Source of the DNA: Octopus sinensis
Taxonomy: Eukaryota
Length of the DNA: 64,000 nt
NCBI RefSeq assembly: GCF_006345805.1
Contig: NC_043009.1
Location: 30,628,001 to 30,692,000, forward strand
Direction of reading: 5' to 3'
In this document: positions 37,198 through 49,688 of the stretch, piece after piece
How positions within the stretch are numbered: the stretch's first letter is position 1
Layout: the number at the start of each line of letters is the position of its first letter
Made by a program: the position numbers and the translations under genes
The notes under the pieces: generated by a model
Databases searched by the model: none
What the model was told of the DNA's origin: nothing
What the model saw: only the letters and a program-made list of their open reading frames with translations

Positions 37198-38833
37198 TCA
37201 CTTCAATCCCCTATATTTAATGCTTGGTTGGTTGGGTTGGTTCGATTTTTTGACAGGGCTGTTTCAGAAAGTCATCGATCTAGGGTTAAACAAAAGCTTT
37301 GAAAGTGTAGGCCGGTGGTTATAGACTTGAGCAACATCAGAGGTGACTGGACATGTCAGTTTCAAGGCCAGATTTCATAAGACAGCTCACAAGTTTAGCA
37401 GGTACCTGAAATTTAACACAAAAATAAATTTAAAAAATAAGACGAAAATCAGGCAGTATAGTAGCTTAGAAGAAAATTAGGAAAGTACTTTTGTACAAAT
37501 ACTGACAAGGAGACATTGCGAATAAATGTAGCTAGTCCGAAGTGCCCCAGGAGAAAGACTGATAGAAACGTGTGATGAGAATCAGAAGAAGAAGGTTGTA
37601 AGAAAAATAGAGGGTGTTAGAAAAGGTCAGAGACAAATTGAGAGTGTATGAAAGAAAGGAGAAGAGAAAGCGGATGAAAAAGAGTTTAAGTGGTAATGGG
37701 TGATAAACAAGTTAGGATTAGAAAAGTAAAGATGTAAGCTAAAATTATGAATAAAAATGCTCGGGAAAAATGTGTACAGCAATTAAAATGAAGGACAATA
37801 ACTGGACTTGGATATATCCATTATGTCCAGTTGTGTTTTTACATAGGGTCATTAAGAATCGGTGCTGGTAACACAGAACCGCTCATCTAAAGAGTCCCAC
37901 GATAGATTTGTTTGAGTATTTCTTGTCTTCCTTCGTGTGCCTATCTTTGATTTTCTGTCGATAGAATTCTGACTTGTCCTTGGTTATTTTTAAATGGAAT
38001 GAAAATGTAGTGATACCTGCACAACAAACAACACTTAATTTCACAAAGTAGGTAGGGGGTACAGTTTACTTTGTCACCTGTTGTATCAACACTGATCAGA
38101 CGATAAACTGCAACAATTGAACTGCTCTCTTGAGAGGTAACAGTATTGAATTATTAAGCCAGAATATCTTACAGAAATATGTACTTGAAGCGTCAGTATA
38201 TTAACTTTTTAGCAACCCATACGACCTGACTATCCGTCGTTCTCAGACAAAGAGTAATGTTATGCTTATAATAAAAAAATGTCCATTGTACAGATTAGCA
38301 TCACACTCAGCAAGAGATTTCCATAACTTCCGTTAATATTATAGGTACCGGAATTACGCATTGTTCCCACGAACATTTTTGCTTTGGTTTTGTAAAATAA
38401 TTAACAAATGAATGAAAATGATACTATTTAAAATTGTACGCATTCCACTTTAATAAGTCTTTATTACTTCATTAGCATATATTTAGAATTAATTATAATT
38501 CAAACAACATTACATGATTGATTTTAACATTTTCAAATAATCGAATCATCCTGGTCTTTTGTGATATGAAGAAGATGGTATATATGCTTTATGCTTTCTA
38601 TTGGGGAAAAAACTGTATGTATCGATCAACAAACGTTAATCAATGACCAGAAATATAAAACTGCAATTTGACAGTTTATTTATAAAGGAAAAACCACCTT
38701 CAACGTAATATTGTAACAGTTTTTGGTCATTAGTATACTCCACTAACCTCCTTCTCACCACCCAATCGCTAATTATATACAGGCAACAGAGACTGATACA
38801 GTGTGTGCGTATGTGTACATACATACACATATA

Positions 38834-38892
<59 letters not shown>

Positions 38893-39847
38893 CGATAAAA
38901 ATAAGCAACAGGATATCCAGAGGTGATGCAGTACGACCGTTTCAAGCGGCTCCATTTAATTGAACAATGCAATCATGACATGAATTTAAATGCAGGGCTA
39001 TCCTCAGCTGCATAAATAAATAAATAGAATTTATTTAATCAGTTGGACATATTTGCATAATTTTACTTAGAACCTCTAAGAAGGTAAGAAGACAAACAAA
39101 GCCCATGCTGTTATCACTTCAGCTTAGAAGCTTCCAAGACACCAGGAAAAAAATCGTTAGGGTCATAGCTTGTCTTTGATTTAGCTCAGTTTTAATTTAT
39201 TAGTCTTTTCTATCAAATCTTTGTATATTCAAATCTAAGTCGAGAGAATAGTGTCTGTTAGGAAAGGGCATCAGAGAGTTGAAAGAATCATAAAGGAGGG
39301 TATAGTCATAGAACTTGTCGAAATTATTTTGAAGTAGGATATATATATATATATATATATGCATGTATGTATGTATGTATATATATATATTGTTTGCCTC
39401 ATAAATTTTCAGAGAATTTTTAATATTGCTTTTTAGGGTACATCACATAATGCTATAAATATTGGTTTGAAAAACCACTTTGGATAGAAAATGTTTGGCA
39501 ATCTTCGATATTTACCATCCATTTGTGTTTTCACCCTAATATTTACATGCTTTTTATTACAGCTTTATGTGATATGCTTCAAGAGTCAAAATTGCCAAAA
39601 AGATATGTGTGTGCGTACGTGATATATGCATGTATATATACCTATATGGAGTTATATATACATATATGTGTGTGTGTATATAATTATATATATAGATAGA
39701 TATATACAAGTGTGTGTATGCCTGCATGTATATATATATATATACTTTATTTAAAGCAGCAGAAAATTCTACAAAACCTGTTACTCTGAGTTTCACGTGC
39801 CGTTCATCGGACAGTTTAATTTATACATACATACATACACGCATAGA

Positions 39848-40007
39848 ATCTGGTCCCAACATGGCATCGCAAGAACAAACGTTGCTGTGTACCGTGCTTG
39901 TGTACTGACATCGCTTCTCTACTCATGTGAGACATGGACTCTGTACAAACGTCAGGTAAGGGTCCTTGAACGTTTTCATCAGAGATGTCTCAGACACATT
40001 CTCAATT
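39848..40007 (+). mobile_element. RTE-clade LINE internal fragment
   Basis: WSQHGIARTNVAVYRACVLTSLLYSCETWTLYKRQVRVLERFHQRCLRHILN, homologous to VWERRGIS...VYRAAVLTTLLYGCETW...FHLRCLRNLL of the 49.7-kb ORF. Confidence 0.85.
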
Positions 40008-40435
40008 AAACAGAAATGGAAAACATTTTTAATCAACAAACAAATTGACTACCATTGATTATTGTTTTTTTAATGCAAAACTTTAGCATTTCTAATAGCC
40101 GTTTCTGCTTCCAATGTCTGTCAGCGCTGCCAAAGAGAATCCTGAAAATAATATTCGTCATATTCTATAGCACATCTGATCTGGCATATGGAGGTTCATC
40201 AGAATGAAGACAAATACACAAAATAAAAGAAGAGAAGAGAAAAGGACAGGGCCTCAAGATGAGGAAAGAAGACTTAATATATTTGAATCATACCATTTTG
40301 CAGTGTAATACTTGAAGCCGATGCCAGTGCTGACAGACATTGGAAGCAGAAACGGCTGTTAGAAATGTTAAAGTGTTGTATTACAACAACAATAATCCCT
40401 TAGATAGTTATTCCAACCGCTAAATCTACAAACCT

Positions 40436-40469
<34 letters not shown>

Positions 40470-40504
40470 AAAGTATGCGTGTGCCTACATATATATATGT
40501 GTAA

Positions 40505-40571
<67 letters not shown>

Positions 40572-40796
40572 CATTGACTAAATAGTAAGAATATCAGAAA
40601 TATTTGAGGACACTCTGCCCTGTTGTATCATACACGACTCAAGGTACTCCACTCATGTTAGCTATTTGATATTTTAATCCATTTAATTCATGAGGATTGT
40701 TATTATAAAATATTCCCAAAACATGAAACTTTGCTCTATTTTAACAATTTATATAGATATTGTGTGTGTGTGTGTGCATATATATATGTATATATA

Positions 40797-41005
40797 CGAG
40801 CTGGCAGAAGAGAGAGCATGCCATATAAAATGCTTAGCAACATTTAGTCAATCTCTACGTTCTGATTTCAAATTCCGCGCAGGTAGACTTTGCGGCTCAT
40901 TGTTTTTTTCCAAATTGATAAAATAAGTACCAGTTACATGCCTGAGTCGATAGTATCGATTAAGCACTCCCCCTCCCATCAAATTTCAGACCTTATGCCT
41001 GTAAG
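40797..41005 (+). mobile_element. SINE family AB, tail B, old
   Basis: GAGCTGGCAGAA...GTTCTGATTTCAAATTCCGC...AAATTTCAGACCTTATGCCT. Confidence 0.75.
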
Positions 41006-42389
41006 ATTCTATGTATATGCAGTAGCCTGGCAGCTTTACTGAATATGCAATATAATTCATTATTGTAAACGGGCGAATCCAAAATCGGTGACGCTACGTA
41101 AGAAATGTTGTATGAAATTGTTAACAAACATGAGTGTATGTAAACAAAATCCCTTGTTTGCAATAGTTCTTAGCAAACAGAGGAAAATAGATTCAGGAGC
41201 TGACCAATGTAGGGAAAACTTTCCTTTTGATTTTATCCATTAATTGTTTAGTTAATACATTAGCAAATATTTTTCTAGATTTCCTAACAAAGCAGTGGGG
41301 TTGCGCAACGGACATACTCCTACTTGTTAATCTCAGGTGCTAATATTTGTAAATGTTGAGGCAAAGGTAAATAGAGGATATTCCAGTAGAGAGGGAAAAC
41401 ATTTTAAGTTCTTGGGTAGTGCAAGGACAGACGGTAAAAAGTCGTATTATATGCATTATAATATTTAATTACATTTTGTAACATTTGCTGCATTACCAAT
41501 TCATATCTCATTAACTTTGACTTTACTTTTGTCTTCCAGCAATCGATAAATCATTATCATTCATAAAAGAAGATCGAATTAAGCGAATACATTTCTCCCC
41601 TATAAATATTTGATTTTTATTTTTACAAAGAATGAAATCGATATTTAGTGTTGAGGTGGGGACCTGGCAGACAGTAAGTTCGTTGATGTAAATGAATTTG
41701 AGGAGTTTGTAGAGAAAGTAATTTGTGAGACTAACATATAATTTTGTATGCATGCATACACAGTGATATAAAGTTATACATACATATGTATACTTAGATA
41801 CATGTAAACACACATTTATACAAAAATACATACTACCATACATACAAAAAGACCTGCATATATACATAGAAACGCATATACAGTTATACATGGATACAAA
41901 TATACATACAAGCATGCATACATTCATACAGATAGACATACAACTATAAAGAGTGTCCAATCAGCTACGTAGTTTGAGCGTCGGATACATTGCCTTGCGG
42001 GTAATCATTCCAGCTTTCTGCTTTCAAACCCCATTCAAATCAGCGGTAATTTTCGTCGTTCCAAGACAATAAATAAAGGCCATTTCCTGTACTTAGTTTC
42101 AGTTCTTCTCTTTCTCTAGCTTCTTCCCCAAACCACTACTTCTGGAAGAAATCAAACATAGTCAAACTTGGACTGGGATGGGCTCTGCTAAGTCCTCAAT
42201 GTTAAAAACATGCCGAATGTCAAGACAGCTCTTTTACAATTCAGTCAATAAGTTAATGGCCCGAGGCACAGTTTTGTACCTGCGTGGATGTGTGTGAGTA
42301 CGTATGTATGTTTATGAATGTATGCGTGTATCTTTGTATATACACATATACACAAGCACTTAGGTATGTATATATCTTTTATCATTATC

Positions 42390-42560
42390 TTTTATTTCTG
42401 TCAGTCATTGGACTGCAGCCATGTTGGGGTATTGCGTTGAAGAATTATAGTCAAGCTAATCTACCCCAGTACTTAATCTCATTTTAAGCCTGATACTTAC
42501 TCTATCAGACCCCCTTAAGTTAAGGGGACGTAAGCACACTAATAACATTTGACAAGCAGA
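42390..42560 (-). mobile_element. SINE family C, 3' half, diverged
   Basis: CAGTCATTGGACTGCAGCCATGTTGGGG...TAAGGGGACGTAAGCACAC. Confidence 0.65.
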
Positions 42561-43639
42561 GTGGTCGGGTGTGTGAGAGGGTGAGTCACAGACACAAAGA
42601 CACACGTGCGTGTGTGTGTGTGTGTGTGTGTGTGTACAGAAAGAGAGAGAACAAAGAGAGACGGAAAAAATGTGTAGAGTTCAGCTGCTGAACATGGCGA
42701 ATATATATAGTAAAGTATATATTGCCAACACAATGTAGCAGTTCGACACAGGATGATGTTAATACTTTTTAGCCACAGGAAAACTTATTTTCAGGCTGAC
42801 TTCCGACATATGATCTGTGAGCAAGGGAGTCTCCTGCTCCCTTTCTAGCCTTATTGATTCCTGTAGACTAATGGTTTCTGGATTATTTCACTTCCTCAGT
42901 ACAAGACAATCACTGGCTAGAGATGGCAGCCACTCAACTTCACTCACAGTATATACTTTTAAAGCGACACACAGTCGCTGATCTCGTAAAGAGAAAAACG
43001 GGTTTTAAATATCTGTGTAAGAAATATCTAATAATAGTTCCGTACAGTATATATATATAGGATGCATGTTAGAATGGTCTCAATTCTGAGTGTTGTACTA
43101 AGCATCTGGTTTTGATTTTGGTTCTATCCAAAAGCTATCAAATATTTCTACCAATACCGGTGAGTTTAATAACCAGTGAACGTTCGGATATTATTCCTGC
43201 CATATGTCTAATGATGAAATCTGAGCTCATACAAATAGTAAATCCTCTGGAAGTTCTTAATAAGTTCTTAATATAATATATACGTATATTTAGTTCCATC
43301 TTCACAGTTGTAGTGTTTAGTTAGAGTTTTAGCGATATTTGCACTTATATTTAAAATACAGGGGAAAAAGGATGTTTTCTGTATTCTTTTATTAGATCTA
43401 TTAGACGTTAAGAAACATAGTATTCTCGTTGATTTACAAAAGAACTATTTCACTAATACAGACACGTATCGATGAAAAATAAAACATGGCAGAGTTACAC
43501 AAATAGGAACTATTAATCTTTCAGTGTTTAAGAAAACATGGAATGAACGAGAAGAAAGAGTACGATTCATTCATTGCGGCTGTAGGAAGCAATGCATGAA
43601 GAAATCAAACTATCCACAGGAAAGTACTCAGTGCCAAAT

Positions 43640-44182
43640 GGTGGTGGCTGCCCCCTCGTTATCGAGTATGGCCATTGCACGAAGCTTAATTAATGTTGTT
43701 ATGCCTGTCCAAGAAGATTTTTTTAAAAGTGAGGAAAGGCTGTGCACTGAGTCAATCCCACTCACTTAGCAACACAGTCATAATCCAAAAAGAAGAACAA
43801 GTCAACATCATCGGTAACCACCGAGCCGCAATTTTTATGTCGGAGTTATCCCAGTTACCTGAGTTACCTTCTCCTAGAAGGATGCCCTAACAAAGGCTAG
43901 GAGTCCTTCACTCCCAACGGATTAACCGCGCAATCGGATATTCAGTCCGATTATTTCTATGTCCCCGCGCATGATACAGCCTTAAGACCTTTATTTGATG
44001 GCCGTTGACTCTCAAGAGTTCCTCCGCCCTTTGACGGGTTTTGTTTTTCATCCCGCAGGGTGTCCAATAAACACCCTCCTCACCAAGCAAGCTTGGTGGG
44101 GTTGCCAGTTTAGTCGCCGACGACCCAACCATGAACAGGTTGTACTGGATTACATGTTTCCAGTAGCACTCGAAAGTGACCT
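43640..44182 (-). mobile_element. 543-bp non-coding RTE-related retroposon with TSD
   Basis: 9-bp TSD GTGCCAAAT at 43631-43639 and 44183-44191; (CCA)n tail; 45-nt 3' end 43/45 identical to 60172-60216; no RT-like ORF. Confidence 0.8.
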
Positions 44183-45855
44183 GTGCCAAATACATGCAAA
44201 AGAAGACATTGTTAACATCCTACAAGGGTGGGCAGTGTCAGAGAACCATGCATAGATTCATTGTACGACACAAGAAATATGTACAGACGTTTCAAATAAT
44301 TTCGTCATGGTTTCCTTCCACTCAATATTTCAATCAACTCTAGGCTGTCTTAGAAGTCGCTTGGCCCCAAGGGCAATCCTATTCTCATATTTTAATAGCC
44401 ATCCGTTTGGGTTTTCTTCAGGAGTGGCTTGCGTCATGCATCATGTTGCTGGAGGTTTACTGAAAACAAGTAAAATTCTGAGCGAACTTTCTGCCCTCTC
44501 TTTACATTGTAAATATAAGCTGCAAATCTGCTTCGTACAAAACAAATGATAAAGACTTTTTTGAAAGCTCCAAATTGTTTTCATATTTGAAAGACATGTG
44601 AAAATTTTAAAACAAATACAGAAGAGAAAGTGATAACGAACAGAATGAAAACTTCACTAATTCTCCACCAATGTGAACTTAAGTGCATCGATTGCATGCT
44701 AAACATAGCATTCCTATTGGGAGTCTCAATTTGCAAAAATAGAATTCCAGGACGAAGCGGTTTCTATTTAGAAAATGTATTTTTCTAGAGACGAAATTTT
44801 CGGATACTGTGCTCGTGTAGTGTCACTGTTGCTGTACTGCTGTGCTGCAGTTGTTGTTGTTGCCTTTGTTGTTGTAAAATATTTCAATAACATCTAATAA
44901 ATCATGCCATCTGGTATTGTTCTCAATTCAAAATAGAAGGAAAATTGCAGAAGGAAAACAAATTGAAAAAAGAAAAAATTTCAAAAATATAATCTTTGCA
45001 ATGTAACGCAAATTAACTTCGGCCATGCTGTTGTTATTTCTAATGTTGTTGTTGTTGTTGTTGTCGTCGTCATCGTTGTTGTCGTTATTGTTGCTACTGT
45101 TGTTGTTGCTGCTACTGCTGATAGTTTTTTTCTTTTTTGTTTTTGATTGCATTTTACAGGCTTGATTCCATCACCAATGCTCTTGTTGCTCTTTGGGGAG
45201 TAATTTCGTTTTTCTTGGGTCACACTGACCTCATATTAGGAGAATCTCTCATCTTGAACCTACAAAATATACCATTCCAAAGAAAATACAAGCATTACTG
45301 GCAATAATGTAAACGGCTGACGGCTTGTATCCTGTTAGAAGTGCTGTGATATGTGATGGGACAAAATAAGCTTAAATTAACAACACCGCATTCCATTTAA
45401 CAGAAAAACGGATCCAGTTTCTCTATTTCAATGTAGAGGGAGACAACTCATTACAACATTTTAAACTGAAGTGTTTTATTAGTCTAAATCACTGACTTAA
45501 AATTTTCTAGTAAATGTAAGGAAGAAATTTTGTTTTGATACTCAACAATGACTTCATTATGATAGATGCATAAAATTATCTTAACCTGCTCTCTAACCAC
45601 ACTCCATGTCTTATGAAATCCGAAAACAGTTTTTTATGAATTCAAGCAAACAAAATGATCAGCTAGGGTGAGAAAAATCTGGAGTCATCTGCAAAAAGAA
45701 TTAAATGTTGCAATATTAGTGTCAATGGTTTTTATATGATAGAAAATTACACTCTGAAAGAAAACAATAGCAAGATGTGGTTTTCATTTTTGAATGTTTT
45801 TTGATAGTCTGGTTCTCAAAGAAGCCTCTCGTGTACATATATATATATATATAGT

Positions 45856-46236
45856 GGAGGCGCAATGGCCCAGTGGTTAGGGCAGCGGACTCGTGGTCGT
45901 AGGATCGCGGTTTCGATTCCCAGACCGGGCGTTGTGAGTGTTTATTGAGCGAAAACACCTAAAGCTCCACGAGGCTCCGGCAGTGGATGGTGGTGATCCC
46001 TGCTGTACTCTTTCACCACAACTTTCTCTCACTCTTACTTCCTGTTTCTGTTGTACCTGTATTTCAAAGGGCCGGCCTTGTCACTATCTGTGTCACGCTG
46101 AATATCCCCGAGAATTACGTTAAGGGTACACGTGTCTGTGGAGTGCTCAGCCACTTACACGTTAATTTCACGAGCAGGCTGTTCCGTTGATCGGATCAAC
46201 CGGAACCCTCGTCGTCGTAACCGACGGAGTGCTTCA
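45856..46236 (+). mobile_element. tRNA-derived SINE family D, well preserved
   Basis: A box TGGCCCAGTGG 45866-45876, B box GGTTTCGATTCC 45909-45920, ~300-bp non-tRNA body, embedded in (TA)n. Confidence 0.8.
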
Positions 46237-46245
46237 TATATATAT

Positions 46246-46322
<77 letters not shown>

Positions 46323-46410
46323 CACATATATAATTGAAAAAATTGGAGTCAGCAAGAAGAGGTACGTTTGGAAACTTTTTTTTAATCACTATAATTATTT
46401 CAACGCAACG

Positions 46411-46500
46411 TACTTCTCCAGGCATACAGGTTCTTGATTATGCACTTGTTTCCCTACATTATGAGATCTAGTTGTGTTTCTTCAGGTGATATGTAAATAT
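46411..46500 (-). mobile_element. Short repeat with CUGAAGA...GAAA motif, homologous to 49294-49380
   Basis: - strand TATTTACATATCAC-CTGAAGA-AACACAACTAGATCTCATAATGTAGG-GAAA-CAAGTGCATAATCAAG. Confidence 0.6.
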
Positions 46501-46803
46501 TGTCTCCATTAGTTTAAAATCCTCGGCTTCAAGAAATCCTATATGTCCGTCGCGTCCTGAATTTAGTAGTAGTCACTGAGCTTATCTGGCTGTTTTGTCA
46601 CTGAAGGGCTATTGGCAAACTGCTTTGAATGTGGTATGGTGATTTTGGTACTGTTAAAATGGTTGCCATTTTAAAGGGATTGGTATTTTACTTCTTTGTG
46701 CTGCTGATTTGTTCTTCATGTGGTTACACATTGGTTACACACGTGATTGTCCTAGCTGGCCTTGAAGATTCATTACTCGGACACATGTAGTTATAGAAAC
46801 GCG

Positions 46804-46838
<35 letters not shown>

Positions 46839-48080
46839 TTTTATATATATACATTCACATCCACACACACATATATATGTGCGTATATGTATACACATCT
46901 GTAGAATCTATCCCTTTGATAAGTCTCCATGTACAGAGAGCAATTGTGTTGTATGTAGGATGAACCCACAGGTTAACTTTAAGGTTAGGAATATAGGTTA
47001 TAGCTTATGATGTACTGAAAGACAGTGCAGAAACATGGCAAGTACTTACTTTGGAGAGACGGCATACAGCATAGGAGAGTGTATATGTGACACTGGCGAG
47101 GGCTCGAGGAAAACAAAGGCTTGTCAGCGCTCTAACACCGTGCTCAAGCAGAACATGGAGCCTCGATTAATAGTATAGACGTTAAAGTATTATTGACACA
47201 TAGAACTGACACGACACTTAGATAGATCACAGAGGCTACACACAAGACAGTAGACAGACCAAACCTCAACAGAAAACAAAAAAATGGAACAATAACACCC
47301 ACCACTACATCACATGACCAAAGGTAGAAAGCAGAAGAAGAGAGAGGAGAAACAAGTAATAATGATAAAAAATAAAATATAAATACAAACAGGGAAATAC
47401 ACACACAATAGACATATATGCGTATATCTGTGATACATATAACAAATAGAGATGAATAAGCAAAATAAAATTTTAAAAATTTATATAAATATATTGATCA
47501 CATACCTGTGATAGATATAAGAAACATATTTAGACACAAAATATAAATGAATAACTAAATTTAAAGAAAGGGTATGGATACAAATAACATAGGAAGCCAA
47601 CCAATGTACACGCACAAACACACACAATAACTTCACAGACGGCTTTAGCAGTATCAACAACACGACTAACAACAACAGCAGCAACGTCAGTGACAATAAC
47701 AGTAAGAACAACAACGACCACGATGGTAGCACTGCAGGTGAACACAGAGAGAGAGAGATACAGGAACCGTACCAAAATTTTCGGGTCCTAGGACAGCTGC
47801 AGTGACAATGGGGTCAGAAGATTAGAATAAGGGGAAGGTCATACTGCTACAAAGAATAATGATATGCACACACAAACACGGACGCACACAGGGATGCATA
47901 TCATAAGATAACACATGAAGATGAAAAGTGCTGTTGAAGAGGTCACAGAGGTGTGACAAAAGATTTTCAGACAATGTACATGAGTTAGTATAAGAACAGT
48001 AATAAACGAGTGAAGAACAAAAATATATGGTGCATGTGTTTATTTGGCAAAAAACACATACAATCTCGAAATACAACAGT

Positions 48081-48157
<77 letters not shown>

Positions 48158-48394
48158 GTAGATATGCACTCGCTCACATAAAGGGATATGTACGCGCACT
48201 CACATACATACACATATATAAAGATATCAACACTTGCATGCATATGCATACACACATGCTTGTGTGTGCATACACCTGCTTACATACACACACACATACA
48301 CATTTCTACTTACATACACACGTGCACAAACACGCACTGACACCCATACATATAAATATATATATTGACACATATATACAAACGTATTTATGAA

Positions 48395-48435
<41 letters not shown>

Positions 48436-49293
48436 TATACAGAAACACATACATACGCATATACCCATATGCACACAAATACGGATATGTACGTGTACTT
48501 ATATACACTCGCACGCATATACACACACATATGCTCGTGTGTGCATGCACACACACAGACACACATATATATTTACTTTTGTAGGTACATACATTCATGC
48601 ATTGTAACTTCGTGGACAAGCAGACATACGTACATATATAGAGAGAAATACGACCCAATACACGTTCACATGGATAGTGGGGAAGAGGAGGAGAAGGAGA
48701 AAGCTCACTGAATTATTATCATTTTACGGCACTAAATCTTGAAAATGCATTTTTGGCACGGTGGGGACACTTTGGTATTTACTCAGCATGCTTGTTTATT
48801 AAGGTTTTGTTATGTAACAGAATGCGCAAAGCTTCCTCAAGGCACAAGTCACATACGCCGGAGAGTGCAATATATTGGTGTTCATTTTTCATTATTGACC
48901 ATTCAATTTCATATTATATTTTTCCACCCTTAAATATCCATATTAGGTCCGCTGGTGACGTTGCGTGTCGCCGGCTTATCTTTTGCAATGGGGAAATATA
49001 GTTGCGATAACAAACTTTGAATTGGCTTTCGGACACTCCTATGTGTGTACATGTTCTTGTGTGGTGATTGTGCATTTGTATATGAAGGTTTTTGCATGCA
49101 TTGGTTCCTGAGCGAACATGCAGATTTCTTGCGACATGCTGCAATTATTTGCACATTTATTTTTGTCATTATCTGGTGACTATTTGTTTTTCAGTGTCTG
49201 AAGTGTTTTTGATGTTACAACCTGTTTGAACCCTATTATAACTCTCAGGGTCACTGTCTATGCTTTTGTGATCCTTATTGTGTTTCGTTTTGT

Positions 49294-49430
49294 TATTTAC
49301 ATATTGCCTGAGGAATCACAACTAGATCTCCTAATGCAGGGAAACAGTTGCATAATCAAGTACCTGCACTCCTGGAGAACTTACAAGTACCTGCACTCCT
49401 GGAGAACAGTTGTAGTGATTAAAGAATTAA
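49294..49430 (+). mobile_element. Short repeat with CUGAGGA...GAAA motif and a 24-bp tandem duplication
   Basis: Core 49308-49314, GAAA 49341-49344; CAAGTACCTGCACTCCTGGAGAAC at 49357-49380 and 49384-49407. Confidence 0.6.
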
Positions 49431-49688
49431 ATCTCCAACCATACCCACTCTTGTTGATTCCAATTTTTCCAATTATCTATTTACAAATGACAGAAGCCCA
49501 AATGCAAATCTGGAAGTACATAAAATACAACTACTGGATAGCACAGAATAAATCTGAAGGTGGATGAGTTTTATACTGTACCCTACTAAGTTCTTAACAG
49601 AATATACCATAATTAAATATATATATATATAGCGAGAGAGGGAGAGAGAGAGACAGACAAACAGTAATACACAAACATACACACATAA

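Noticed and set aside
37883-38016. Possible - strand terminal exon (ITTFSFHLKITKDKSEFYRQKIK...GLFR*)
   Set aside because: Reasonable acceptor, but only 43 codons, no homology, and opposite in strand to the better + strand candidates.
44330-44440. YENRIALGAKRLLRQPRV resembles the polycystin-2 motif YENRLLGVPRIRQLRV
   Set aside because: Needs two insertions, is bounded by in-frame stops on both sides and has no usable donor; treated as coincidence.
45856-45930. tRNA gene
   Set aside because: No complete cloverleaf or acceptor stem and no T-run terminator; continues into a SINE body.
49357-49407. CRISPR-like direct repeats
   Set aside because: Only two units separated by 3 bp, in eukaryotic repeat DNA: a simple tandem duplication. 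No CRISPR array, rRNA or cas gene was seen in the window.
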